A stretch of 64,000 nt of DNA from Lingula anatina (GCA_051362555.1 CM120640.1:56956788-57020787), one strand, 5' to 3'; positions 1 to 13,613 are shown, numbered from the stretch's first letter. Made by a program: numbers and translations. Notes: a model not told the origin generated them from the sequence alone.

Positions 1-1231
1 TAGTTGAAATCTTTTTGGAGATTTAATATGGCTGAAATACAGATCAAGTCTTTAACTTTTTATTTCTTGCTGTTCCACACTCGATAGCTTGTCATTAAAT
101 TTGAGCGCACTTTCCTCTAAATACTGGGAAATCTTACTGTTCAAAAGTGCACCTAATAAATAAAATACAAAAACAGCCTATTCATTTTGAATGGACTCTG
201 AGGAAAATACATGTATTCTTCATCATTGTTTTTTATAGAGAAAAAATGAGCAATGATTGATATATATTCAGAGAATACAAAAACATGAACAAGGTGTTTC
301 TGTCACCACCTATGACAATCTGATGGTACCAGACAGATACACCACCAACAATGAGCACTCAGAGAAATCTGCCATAGTTTGCAAGAAAAATCCATAAGTG
401 CCTTTATGTCTCTGATCTGAAATAAGATGGCTGCACCACACAATAAACATAACCCACACGAAATAATAGGCCATCACATGTAACTGATGTGTTTAAGGTT
501 GTTTTGTGTTATGTAGGGTAGAGTTCTTTTTCTTTGACTTAGATATTATTTATTGTTAAGTTTTCAGCCAAAAGGATCCATGGGAAAAATAGATATACAT
601 GTATTATATGTATTTAGTATTACAAATATTACTATTAATTTTTTATTTTTATCTAGAACTAGAGGGAAGTGCCTATTTGTTTGGTCTTTCTATCACATCA
701 ATATTCTGTTAAATATTTACTTTCAACATCAAATGAGAAATCTTTAACCAAGTTAGTTCTGATCTTTTATCTCTATCTTTAATTTTCTCAACTCTCAGTT
801 GATGATAGAGAGCTCTCAATTTATAACATTTGCTTTGCTTGCTCTCTTCAGCTAGATTTTCTTTGACTATAGACCACCAAGCACTTTTTTTCCTGCTGAT
901 GATACCTGGTATAATTTGAGTAGGGAAGGAGTTTTAATCATATTATGCCTTCTTTACACATGACTTGAATAGGGAAATAATATCATGGTGAAGTAATGTT
1001 TCCAGTTTTCTTATAAGAGTAATGTATTGAATTTTGAAGATATAATGTGTGTAAATAGAATAGTGAACCATACATGTAAAATGCAGCTCTGTAAGTACTG
1101 TATTCTCTTCTTATCACAATATTGGGATTATTCTATATATTTAGACATGGTGTGGAACTGAAATAGTTATATTTCTATCTTTATATCATTGTTTTCATAA
1201 AGATAATGCTTGCATATGCATCCCTTTTCAG

Positions 1232-2134
1232 CTGTTTGAAGGAATGAAAGCCTTCAGAGGAGTAGATGGCAAAATAAGATTATTCAGACCTGAAGAAAAT
1301 ATGAAAAGAATGAACAACTCTGCCACAAGATGCTGCCTGCCAGTGAGTTCATTATCATTTCAGATAGGTCTTTTTTGAAAAAATTAATAAATTATTGTAG
1401 ACTGCATATCATGCTTTGCTGCCAGCTGAGGTTAGATCAAAAATTAAAAAGACACCATGTCCAAAAGCTAGTTGACTTTGTTAGAGTTCACTTTAAGGCC
1501 TGTTTAGTCAGTTTGTCTATGGATGCATATCCATGGCACGTATGGATACATATCCATGGTACGTATGTCAGGGCTGCCTCGGCAGGATATGATTGTATTA
1601 TTTTACAGTGGGAAAGTGGTGCCCATGCTACAACCACTCTGCAATCACAATGTCCTTGTCCAGTGTGATGCATGGTGGAGCAAGGCTGGTGACATTGTTA
1701 TTGGCCTCTTTACCCCCTGCTTCAATCTCTTAATGCTGAATGCTAAGTGAGGACATAGCAGGTACCATTTTTATGATGGTCTTTGGTATGAACTAATCTT
1801 GGATCAAACCATTGACATTCAGCTCTAGAGGAGAGGCCTTGTCCACTTGAATCACCCAATATGGTTATGCTCACCTAAGATAGAGAGATGCAATATAGAA
1901 AGAAAAAATTGCTAAAATTTGTTAAAAGGTGAAAGCACTGTTGGGTATTGGTCATTTATTATCTTTCTCTAGGAATATATTCTTAAGCCATGAAATACAA
2001 GTGAAAATGGAGTGAAAAAGACTGTGGTGAAGAAGTGAAAGTGACTGTCAAATTGCCATCATATTTTTTCTTTAAGATACTGCTCTTTTTCATTGAAAGT
2101 CCAAGACAAAATCAGTATCAGTATTTATTATTAG

Positions 2135-2214
<80 letters not shown>

Positions 2215-5200
2215 AGATCTGCATTGACATATATGTAACAAATACTTTATATCTCTAGAATTTTGATGGCCTAGAGCTGCTGAAGTGTATCAAGAAACTA
2301 ATCAGGGTGGAAAAGGATTGGGTGCCACACTCAACCTCCAGCAGCCTGTATATTAGGCCTACCTTCATAGGAACTGAAGTAAGTGGAATGTGTAGGCTTA
2401 ATTGAAATATATCAGGCCTTCCTTCATAGGAACTAAAGTATCTTGAACATGTTGGGCTTACATGCAAAGGAACTCAAGTCAGGTAAATGTCTCAGGCCTT
2501 TCTACAAAGGAACTAAGGTAACTCACCAGTGGAATGTGTCAGGCCACCCTTTTTGGAAAAAAAAGAAGAAAGATTTGTAAAGGACATGGAATCACTTGTT
2601 CAAAAACCACATGCTCAGTTGTCTTAAGTTGTACAGACTGTGAAGTAAGAAGTGTCCGTCACTTCATCATCTGGTTTTGCACACTCAATATAATCAATGT
2701 GTCTTTATCAGGAGATTTGGTTTTTCTCTCTTACTGAAGTGGGAGAAGAACCAAGTCCTGTAGAGATACTGCAGAATATACACATTGAAAGATGTTTTCA
2801 AAATTTATCTTCATGGAAAAATAGTTGCCACATCTTTCCCCCATTCTTGGCATCCTGGATCTCTTTGTTGAATTAATCTCAAGCAAAATAAGATTGAAAT
2901 TAATTCCTCTGATGCCATATTGTAATTATTTTCCAGCCTACTCTAGGTGTGACTGTTTCTAACCAGGCTCTCTTGTATGTCTTGGTGGGTCCAGTAGGTC
3001 CGTACTACCCAACAGGAATGAAGCCAGTCATATTACTTGCTGACCCCACCTATGTAAGGGCATGGCCAGGTGGAGCAGGAGCTTCCAAACTGGGCAGGTA
3101 CAGAATAATAGTTGATAATTTTTTTCATTATGCCACACTGATTAAATTTTATGAATGACATCTGTATATTCATAAATTTTCTCCTGTTCTAAAAAAAAAT
3201 CACCTACTCCGAACTCTGGAACTGACTGCTATCACCACTCGAAATGCTGAAAAAGCCTGGGTTGTCACAAAACTCCCTTTGGTAGCAAAACCTCCGGAAT
3301 TTGTCATAAATATTACTTCCTGCATATGCCTATTGCTGCCTAAAGCAGGTGCAAAAATTGGTGGGTGGGTGCATCATGGGCATCAAAATGCGTGCATAAG
3401 CATAAAAGTTCACAAGAAGACGGAGGGGGTGATTATTGATTGGTATGCAGTTGACATTGGTAATTTTATATTGGGTAGTTAATCAGTGGCTGTAGGCGTT
3501 GATTTGGACATTTGTGCTCACAAATATGAGGTTTATATTAGAATACACCTAATTTGTTCACAAGGCCTGAAATGAGAGCTGACTCTTTAGTATTCTCAGT
3601 AGTTTGTATGGTACAAAGTATGGGATGAAGAAGTTGAGAGCCAAATCTCTGGTATTTTCAGTTGTTTGTTCAATATACAGATGAAGCAGATGAGAGCTGT
3701 TTCTTTAATATTCTCAGTGCAAAGAAAGACTTTTTGTTTGATACACTGATATAAAGCAGATGACTTCTGACTCTTCAGTTTCTTTAGTGCAAATAAAGAC
3801 GTGTTGTCTGTATGGTTCACTGTGTTCCGTGGTGCAATTTTTGCTTCCAGCTGTGTATTCCTTTACTTAACCACCTCCCCCCCCCCCCCCCCAGCATTTA
3901 TTTTTGGGTTTCCAGAATATGTCATCCATAAAATTTAATCAGTGTGGCCTTTTATAATGATTATTTATCTGGACAAACACTATGTGACTAGATTTATAGC
4001 AATTATTTTGTGCACTTTCATTGTTAAATGGGTTCTTCATCATTTTTAAACTGTCACCGTTTCTGTCAGTTTGTCAATTATATATATGTCCAGTAGACAG
4101 CTTTTCTACCTTTTTTTTTTTTTTTTTTCAATTTTTTTTGTGGTATGCAAAAAAGCAGTGTTGAGATAGCTTAAAATCAACATTTTCAATGGATAGGGTT
4201 ACTCTAAAATAATAAAATTCTAAAATTATAATTGTCAGTCAATGTAAGATATAGTATTAAGTTATACCAACTTGGATTACAATACATATTTGCTTTGTTT
4301 TTAATTGCCCTTGAATGATGTATGCAACTTAAAGTTTCATATCTCAGTGCGACTTTTTAGTACCATTAATCAGATGTAAATTACACAAATAACTAATTTA
4401 CCTGATGAAATTTTTTCCACTCATTCCTAGCAACTATGGTCCCACCATTAGCATCCAGAATATGGCTGCCCAGCATGGGTGCCAGCAGGTACTCTGGCTG
4501 TTTGGAGAAGAACAGAACCTTACAGAAGTGGGGACCATGAATATATTTGTGTACTTGGTCAATGAACAAGGAGGTATGAGGCTGAAGCAATAACCTTATG
4601 CTTGTGTTAACTTATTGTTGTACTAAGATGTTTGAAGAAGTATAAGATATATTGTGTTTGTTGTAATATATTTTTTCTCATATTAATCTGGTCACATTTT
4701 ACATGGTAGTGTTGAATTTGGTATAAGTTGTATTTTTAGGGGCTCTTTTTCAAGATAGAAATACATTAATGTTCTTAGTGTTTTCAAAGCTTTTTGAAGA
4801 CCTTTGTCTCTGTAGCCGTTGTAACCTTTGTTGGTACTATAACATATCGTTTCATTTTTTTCTTCAGAAAAGGAATTGGTTACTCCTGCTCTCAAAGATA
4901 ATTTGATATTGCCTGGTGTGACCAGAAAAAGTCTGCTGGAACTGGCTTATGCATGGGTAAACATATTTTACATCTGTGTCCTTTTAATTTGGAAAACTGT
5001 TTGCCTTTTTTAAAAATCAATAAAACACAATACTTTTAAACACAATACTTTTCTGATTTTGATGTTGTTTTTGTTGCATTTAGGGACAGTTTAAAGTGTC
5101 AGAAAGGAGGATAAACATGGGAGAGTTGACCAAAGCTCTGGCAGAGAAAAGGGTGAGTATATATTTTACCACCAAAGCTAATGCAAAGAGGAGAATGAGT

Positions 5201-6154
5201 ATATAATTAACTAAGTATTGATAGAGAAAGGAGTCGGTATATGAATGACTAATGCTTTGGCAGAGAAGAGTAAATATGTAGTTGATCAAATGAAGCCCTG
5301 GCAGAAAGAAGAATTAGTTGTTTGCCCAAGCTTGATAATAACTTTGTATGTCAGATATCCTAAATGTGTCCCAGTCTGCTACTGTAGTTCAGAAAAACAG
5401 GAGCGTGAATAGTCTTGTTGATTTACAAAGTTTCATATTAAATTTGATGACAAGAATAAAAATGTGTCAAAACCTCTTATACAGGAGGTTACAAATAGGA
5501 CAAAAGAAAAACTGCAAGTTAAGGCCTCTCTAATTGTAAATTTATTAAACTATAGGTATTAGAAATATTTGGAGCAGGCACAGCATGTGTGGTCTGCCCC
5601 GTGGAGAAGATACTTTACCAAGGAGAATTTCTCCAAGTGCCCACCATGGAGCAGGAAGACTCTCTAAATGGCAAATTCTTCCAAGTGCTCACTGACATGC
5701 AGGTAACAACACTGATATGATAATGATATGAGGTACACAATGTGTAAATCCAGATTCTATGTGCTGCACCCCTGATGATCTTAACTATATAGAAAAGTAC
5801 AGACTGAAGGAGTTAAACTAAGCTTATTAAGTGTAAATGTGTAAAGTTCATATTAAGTACTTTTTTTCAATCTTGGAATGGTCTTTGTGACACATGTTCT
5901 TGTAATATACAATTTTTTTCTTAATTTCCCTTTTTATTACCAAGGCAGGGAAATCCAGAATATCCCATTAATCCTTCTAATTGGATTCTAGTTGAATTAT
6001 GTGTTACATGTACAAATAAGGACTTTGTTTTTCTTTAAATAAAAGAAATAAATGATTGTTTAATAAAAACCCTACTTTGTCATAATTGTTGTGTAAAATG
6101 ATTTTTTTTCAGTATGGTCGCCAGCCCAGTGATTGGATGGTAGATGTTGACTAG
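1232..6154 (+). CDS. BCAT: Branched-chain amino acid aminotransferase (PLP fold type IV), 5'-partial, last 8 coding exons
   Basis: GT-AG exons 1232-1342, 2259-2378, 2937-3097, 4431-4573, 4868-4956, 5084-5152, 5556-5702 and 6113-6154 splice in frame. They give [45 protein letters not shown] (catalytic Lys), [33 protein letters not shown] and [13 protein letters not shown]. The N-terminal exons were not found and presumably lie upstream of the window. Confidence 0.97.
1600..1855 (-). mobile_element. Degenerate tRNA-derived SINE (Meta-domain type) in a BCAT intron
   Basis: The minus strand has a tRNA-like head (TGGACAAGGC...GGTTTGATCC). It is followed by CATACCAAAGACC..AAAAATGGTACCTGCT..CTTAGCATTCAGCATTAAGAG, resembling the MetaSINE core as I recall it. 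Boundaries are approximate. Confidence 0.55.
2139..2212. repeat. (TA)n microsatellite
   Basis: Perfect TA run just upstream of a BCAT splice acceptor. Confidence 0.98.
2355..2555 (+). repeat. Degenerate ~40-bp tandem repeat spanning a BCAT exon end and splice donor
   Basis: The unit AGGCCTACCTTCATAGGAACTGAAGTAAGTGGAATGTGT recurs in diverged form at ~2414, ~2453, ~2494 and ~2541. Confidence 0.8.
5128..5320 (+). repeat. Degenerate ~40-bp tandem repeat spanning a second BCAT exon end and splice donor
   Basis: The unit GACCAAAGCTCTGGCAGAGAAAAGGGTGAGTATATATTTT is followed by about 4 decayed copies (ACCAAAGCTAATGCAAAGAGGAGAATGAGTATA, GACTAATGCTTTGGCAGAGAAGAGTAAATATG, AAGCCCTGGCAGAAAGAAG). Confidence 0.75.
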
Positions 6155-7163
6155 AGGATAACAAGGAACATGTCACAGGTTTTATAGGTTTTACAAGCTG
6201 GCAGCTAATAGCTTATACTTTAGAAGGGAATATGATCATATTGGGGTGATAATGGAGCTACAAATTATGGTTAACATGTAACTAATCACACTCATGAAGG
6301 CATTTTTCACAAGGCCAATTCTACATACATTTCCACTATAATGTTTTATTTGACTCCAGTATGAATAAGAATCTCTGCAAAACGTACAAAGAAGGTTAAG
6401 GATTTCACCATTTTTTAACATTCTCATCATAATTGTTCTCATAGTGCGCACATCGAATAATCATATTCCATTAGTTCTTTATGGCACAAAAATGAATCAA
6501 TATGGCATTATGATAGAAGTTTGATTTCTGATATTACCATTATAACAGATTACAAGGTTATATTTTACAGCAGTATTTATTACAGATATGTATTGTTATA
6601 GCACAGGCAGCTATCAGAATCTCATCTTTGCATTTTAGCAGAAGTACATGTAGCTTGAAGTAGCTTTTGTCTTATCAGCTTTGGCAACATAATTTCAGTC
6701 AATATAAAAATAAAACTAGTGCATTTTAACACTGTTAGTCATCTTTTTGTATGTTCATGCTGAGCATTGATACTGTTTACAGAGTACCAAGTAAGCAGTA
6801 TGCTGTGCTTCTACAATTTCTGATCAAGTCACAGACTTGGCAATAAAAATGCTAAGGTTACAAAATGTTCGCAAAGGTGATACGTTCATGTTTCATTGTA
6901 ACAGAGACAGCTTGTTACTGTGTTTTGTGTGGGTTATCACATTTCCATATTTATTTATATATGCATACTGATATTATGTATGCCCATACTTCTTGGCCCA
7001 ATACTTATTTTTCATTAATTTTTTTGTTTTTTGGTTAAATGCTCTCCATGACTTTCCTTTCTGAGAGATGAAAGTAATGCATTAACTTTAAAATATTGAC
7101 TTAGATATACCAGTGAAGATGGTTATTAACAGTGAAAGCATTGCACAGATGTTAGGATAAAAG

Positions 7164-7165
<2 letters not shown>

Positions 7166-7218
<53 letters not shown>
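7166..7218. repeat. (TA)n microsatellite
   Basis: Perfect TA run, probably within the BCAT 3' UTR (candidate AATAAA at ~8170). Confidence 0.97.
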
Positions 7219-7221
<3 letters not shown>

Positions 7222-8553
7222 ACCAAGAATGATTTTTGTGTGTTATAGTCAAACATGATGCTCAACTTCATCATTGTGGCAGCTCACTTTATCAGTACAG
7301 ATTAGTTATCTACATATCAGATAAAGTTTTTGTTTGTGTTACAAAAATCTCATTTTGTTTGCTGTAGTTAGGTTTTGTTCTATATTTTTATGTATTGCTA
7401 TTTTATGACTACATGTGTAGATATGATGATATTATTTTTATGCTTTTGCATTAGAAAAACACAAGGTTTTTATTTCTGGGGCACAGAAAAAAGTAATGTC
7501 ATATATTCCAGTAATTTTATTGCTTTGTGATTGAAAAATATAAATGAGGTCTTTTACTGCAAACATGTCAGTTAGTGAACACACTTTGTTGAGTATTGTA
7601 TCTGGACAGGAGCCCCTTCCCAACATTTCTAGCCACACACGCAGAGCCATTTGACATGTCCATTAAGAATTTTTATTTATTCATCAAAACCACTCTCAGA
7701 TTTGATGTTTCAAAACATGGAACTTGAAAAAAAACTAGTTCGATGGCAACATGGATAAAATACTACAGAGTTTGGAGGAAAGGGAAGAAGGGCAACTGTC
7801 ATGATGACTAATTCATTTTAACAACAAGCTCAAGAGATACAATATCTGGTTTCATAGAAAGTATAAGTGTGTATTTAATTTTTTTATTTGCTCAGTTATA
7901 TCAAATGTAGTAGGTATGTTTACAGCTAATGCTTATATGCCCTTTAAGGTTACATTACCAATCAGTCTAGTCATTATGATATTGGTTAATTTGATATTTT
8001 TTTCTGCATTCCTATATACAGTTATTGGATTGAAAGGTGTGCTTTTATGCTAACAAGTATTTGTCCACTTGAAAATATTTGTATGTTGAAGGTTTAAATA
8101 TCAGAATGCTTCCTATTTACACAAATAAGGCACAGATATAGTCTTGTTAGTAGTATATACAGCATACCAAATAAACTATTGAAATGAGACGATTTGTTTT
8201 TATTGCACATGTATGATTGCTGTGTACCTTAACAGTTCAGCCTGAGTATTGTTAGGGTCGTATGGTGGAAGAGGCAAGGGTGACACCTGTTCACGGTGAT
8301 GAGATTTGCGTTAGCACATTGTGGTAATTGGGAGTGTTATTTTGTTGCACATTGTGATAGATGAGAGTCCGGGTACCTGTGCATTTTGTTTGGTGGGACA
8401 TGGGCGTTTGACTGTTCATTGGTTGTGGATATAGGTTGTGCCCAAAAACACAGTTGAATGCAACAACATAATTATAATCCAAACCTCTGCAGGCCAATCA
8501 CACTTAGGTCAGCTTTCTATAACAGGAACAGAACCTTGGCGTATGCTGCAAAA

Positions 8554-11220
8554 ATGTCGAGTCGACGAAATTTAGACAAGTTTTCTTCTCCTGCATCCGG
8601 TAAGTTCTTTTTACATTATTTTGGGACCAAAATTTTGTTTATTCGTAAACTTGCCGCTTCTCTATCAATAAAAGCCAGTAAAACTTTGATATATAAAAAT
8701 GGTCTTCCTTATTCTATGCCCGCACAGCGTCCAAGAGTCATCGTTTGAGAGAACAATTAGAACATGCTATGCGATTAAACGAAACTGGTCGCTTGCAAAA
8801 AGTGATTCAAGAAATCAAATGGAGCCGCACTCAGCTCACTGGGAGAATCATGGAGGCAGCGGAAGAGAGACTGCGGTTTCTTAAATGTAAAGATGGTAAG
8901 ACGAATTAAAATTCCTTTCAAAATTCCCACCTTGGGATTTATAAATGTTTTTATTTTGAATGCTTAGTGTGTTGTGTAAAGCTATTACCGTTTTGTCGGG
9001 TATTTATATAAAAACGATGTGCTACAAATTAAATTTTTTAGAAGCTAGAGATTTTGTCATAATGCTTTACCTCTTTATTGCATTGTTCTCATGATTTAAA
9101 GACGGACAGAGTTGTTTTCTGCCTTTGCACTGTAGCAATATATTTCAGACTTTTCTTGTGTGAAACGGTTGTCGAAATTTGCTACTTACCTGAAACTACA
9201 AGAACGAACCTTGCAGCCTTCTACAGACCAATATTGCATCTCACAAGCAAGTTTCTCTGCTTAATTTTCTCAATTGGGTTCAATTACAGCACTCCTGGAC
9301 TCAATTCAAAGGAAGGACATGCATGCAATGCTGAGGTCAATAACGGCGGTGGAAACCCAAGGCTATGCTGTCACCCTTCACGACGACCTCCATCATGCTA
9401 AGCGATTGGTTGAGGTGTGGGAACGAGTAAAACGCCTGAATCATCATGTCTCCATGCTGGATAGCGCTGCCATCTGTGAGATACGCCGTTACACGACGCC
9501 ACCTCCCGTATTACATAAAGTCATGATTGCCACGCTCTTAGTACTCGGAGAAGAGGAGGAGAAAATAAGGGTATTGAAATATTTCAATGGACATTACAAT
9601 CGCTAATATTTGAAACCCCTTTTACAGAATGATTTAATTTAAAACAAAATGTCTGTAAACTCCCCGAGATTATAACCAACTATCCTTGACCCGCCCATGC
9701 ACTTGAATCGATTTTTTGTTCCATTTTTTTAATTTGATGAAATAGTTGTAAATAACTGGCCAGACATTTAGAACGCTGTGTCTTCCTGTCATAAGGAACT
9801 ATCGACATCAGGTACTTTTAATGTCTAATTTTAATGTCTGTAGCTTTGCAGGACACGTAGAAAGTATGAATTTGGGACATTTCAAGCCCTTACAGAATGC
9901 CTTTAACCAATATTTGAAAAAAAAAATCAAGAACATGTTTATACGTTGGGCAGTTTCATTGCCTATTTTGTAAAAGGAGTTCGTAAAAGTATACAAGTGT
10001 TATTTATCAGCGTTATGGTAATGCATAACACATTTATTTCAGAATTGGAAAGAATGCCAAAAGCTCTGCAGAGTTGTTGGAAATGATGGGCTTAAACGCC
10101 GAGTTACAGAGTTCGAAATTGAGTGTCTTCATCCTTCAGTTGCATCTCGCGCTAGACATCTTCTTCATAACATAGATGTGAGAGAGCTGCAGGAGGTATG
10201 CCGAGGTGCCGCAGCATTCTACTCCTGGGTATGTGGACTGTTGTATTTAAAAATCATTTATATAGACAAAAAATGCAAAAATGGAAAATCATAATGCAAG
10301 AAAAAATTAATCACTTTTAATCATAATTCTTTTCCGCTGGCAACTTTCATTACACTTGGCTGTTGAGATTAGTAGTTCGGTTAAGCGTACACTTAGTATG
10401 CACTTTTTAAACATATTTTAAGGTGTATTATTTGTCTTTTCACGATTTGTTACCTTGTCTGTAAAATTTTCAGACACTTGGCATTGTTGAAGAAGTGGCA
10501 TACGCTTACTATGGCACCGCACCATACATCCACGGCCGGGTTCCCAGAAGAGATATATCCAGGAGCGACAAGTTGTTCGTCCCCTCTCATTACGTAACCG
10601 GGAAACAGCCACCAGTGACATCCCGATGGCACCTAACCACGCCTCCTTTGATGACCCCCTCCTATGGCCCGCCAACCTGGAGAACGCCATTATTTAGCAC
10701 TGACAAAGTGCTTTATCCAACACCGAGTCATCTTCGCCGCGAGATGTTTGACTCTGATATTTATGGCCATTCTGGTCGCAAGAATTCACAGAATTATGTT
10801 GCAAGAACCGCTTCTACTTTTGCTGAAACGTCCACTTATCGAAAACCGACATCAAGCATGAACAACGCAAAGTCTGCAAGTACCAATTTCAATTCTCTCC
10901 GGTCAACGCAACCCCAGGCGTCGCCCACACCAACGCATAATTTTCTTAGAAGAAAGAGCGTTCCGGTGTTCAACAGTGCCGGAAACTCTCAGCCACCAAC
11001 GTTGATATCGACTGGAAGCAACAAAAGTGCATCAGGGGTGCCGAGTGCAACCGCTAGGAGCCCGACGGCTTCGAGAGCAACGACGGCATGGAGAAGGAAG
11101 AGTATTTCTGGTCCAGTCGTTGTAGAAAGTCCGACTCCTACGGTCAAACCACGTAGGAAGAGTATATCTGGTCCCGGAAAACTTTCTGTGACCAGTAAGA
11201 CTTCCGCCATCAATTGCTGA
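8554..11220 (+). CDS. Uncharacterised ~475-aa protein: helical N-terminus, dynein stalk-head (MTBD)-like domain, long Ser/Thr/Pro/Arg-rich tail
   Basis: Exons 8554-8599, 8728-8895, 9290-9570, 10043-10228 and 10474-11220 are all GT-AG and phase-compatible (1428 nt). The core LDSAAICEIRRYTTPPPVLHKVMIATLLVLGE..NWKECQKL..LKRRVTEF..VCRGAAAFYSWTLGIV matches the dynein MTBD pattern (EI+SY..PP..V..VM.A...L.....W....S.A...L..WV). A CCAAT box lies at ~8494. Confidence 0.85.
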
Positions 11221-12845
11221 CAGTTCTGTTATCTCCATGAATATGACGCAGCACATATTGTTTTTATTAGATATTATATTATTTCCAAGGCATTAACTAA
11301 CAGTCGTAGCGTTACTTGGGCAGGAGAAGCATTTGTTAGTCCCCAAGATTTAGATATTACTAATAAGGGAGAATGACCCAAACTCCCGTTGTAAGGGATA
11401 TTAGCATGCCTCGTAACCTCATATCTCTGGCGACGAGCGTGTTGACGGTCGTGGATTTTCATTTTTACGTTTGTCTTATGTGATTCATATTTTTAAATAA
11501 CACATCATAGTCTGATATCCTCATTCCTTTGGAGCAAGTAATGTATTACTTGGCAACTTGCCAAAAATTATATCAAGGCAGCAATATTGACAAACGTTGT
11601 ACATTTTAGTGTTTACTTCAGAACATCATTGCAACTTATATACAAAAAAGAAACTGTTCAGTCTATGATGTATGTTTCAGATGTTTCACTGACAAACCTA
11701 ACGTTTGGGCTAGAGCGTGCGTGCTACATGATATACCGACAATTTTACTATTTAGACTAAAGCATGTTTTATGTTGAATGCAGAATTTTTTCCTGCTCTG
11801 TCTAGAGCATCCGTGTGCAAGTCGATCAACCATATTTGTTTTAAGATCATGTAAAATAATGTTTATGTAAACAACCCTCTGTCTTTTGAAGGCATTTTTA
11901 ACATGTTTTATAGTATATAATACCAAACCTACCATTGTCGCAGACCTGTGTTCTATTTTTTTTCAATAAGTGCGAGTTTACAGAGAGGAAAAAGTTAACC
12001 AGTTTTTCGCCAATCTCCTCTCTTAACAACCTGAATCCGTCGGTAGTGTTTTTTTTCTCAAAACTGCTGGTTTGAAATCATTTACATGTTACAAGTGTGC
12101 TGCGTATAATATTTAATTTAATTTTTTTAATTCTCAGGATGTGAAGTCACTAATATTTTACTTCCATTTTATAAACGTTCCATCTAGTAAATAGTGAAAA
12201 ATATTATTAACAACGTCTTACAATTATTCATCCTGCATTGAATTGTACAGGTTGTTTTCTGAAATTATATTTTAATATATATATACGTCAATAGTCAATA
12301 GTAGGTAAACCATGGCCTCCGTCCTGTTGAACTATCGATTTCTGTATGAAAGTGGAAAAGAACGTGGATTTTTACTCGTTTTTGTCCTGCAGTTCTGTAT
12401 CGGACACATTACACTGACACAAACGTTTAGAGTAGGTAGATTTCAGTCGTCTACAGGGAAGATACACCAGAGAAAGAATCAACCATTTTTTCTACATCTT
12501 TTTCTTTTCGCCGAACAGCGCATCAGTCGCCTTTTCTTTGTAGGCCTACGCAACCGACCCCGCCAGAAATCTTTCTGAGACCGTTTTTTCCAAGATTCTG
12601 TTCTTATTCCAAACGCAATTTGAAGATTTCTTACTGATGAACATGCTGATCCAGTTTAAAAAATATATCTGAAAGTTTATCACAAAGACATTTGGCAGTT
12701 AATTTGTCTTAAAGTAAAAAACAAGACCTTTAAACATTTTGTTAAAGCAGTATTTGAGTAAGATTTATACTTTCATGAAAAAATACAAACACGAAATTTC
12801 CAAATGACTGACGAAAGTAAAACATCATTTCTTTTTTGATAGGGG

Positions 12846-13613
12846 TAGGGGAGATCGGGGCTAGTTGGACCCCTGGGTCAGTTGGCCCCCAGTTAATTTT
12901 ACAAAAAAGCACCCACGAGGGAAAAAATTGATCACATAATCTTATGAAGTGACCATATCCCACAGTGCAAAGAAAGCGTGGGTCGTAAAAAACTTTTCTT
13001 GAGCAGTGAGTCCAAATGAATGTTTTCTGCGCCCGAAAGTTACTTTTAGTTGAAGAGATTTAAATTTTTTTAAGGACGTGATAGTACTAGTACTTGAAAT
13101 GGATGCGTACAGGGCATCAAACTATAGTTATGTCTAAATGTAGGTCATCCTTGCAATCTTTTCAGATAAAACGTGCACCTGGGGCTTAGCTCGGGACAAG
13201 TTAGTCCCTGTACCTGGTTATGATTTTTCAACAGAAATGCATAATACTGGAAGAAAGGTATGGAAACATCAATATGTCTGCCTCCACATTGAGTAAAAAA
13301 TTAAACAAAGACTCTTAAAATCAATTAAATATGACAAAATGCGCAAAAAATATATTTATGGCGTTTACATGGATTCCTACATTATTAAAGTGCCAACTTG
13401 CCCCGACCCCCAACTTGCCCCTACCCGACCCAGTTGGCCCACCTGAAATGAGTTGTTTTTTTTTTTTTTTTTTTTTTTTTTGTTTTTTTTTTTTTTCAAA
13501 TTTTGAGCCATGTGGCATTTTATTTGCAAAACAGTGATGTTGCATCTGTAGTGAAGTCCTTGTCCTTGTCCACAAGACCTAACTGGGTCAAGTAGCCCGG
13601 CCGGTCTCCCCTA
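12846..13613. mobile_element. Non-autonomous DNA transposon (pogo/Tc1-mariner-like termini)
   Basis: Inverted termini TAGGGGAGATCGG ... CCGGTCTCCCCTA, subterminal AGTTGGCCC/AACTTGCCCC motifs, and no transposase ORF. Confidence 0.7.

Noticed and set aside
2035-2238. ORFs with IYIY, SLSL, RERE or poly-K/F runs (also 13321-13575 and 15917-16286)
   Set aside because: They are translations of microsatellites and homopolymers.
2355-2555. CRISPR-like repeat-spacer appearance of the ~40-bp repeats
   Set aside because: Eukaryotic intron, degenerate contiguous units without unique spacers, and no cas genes.
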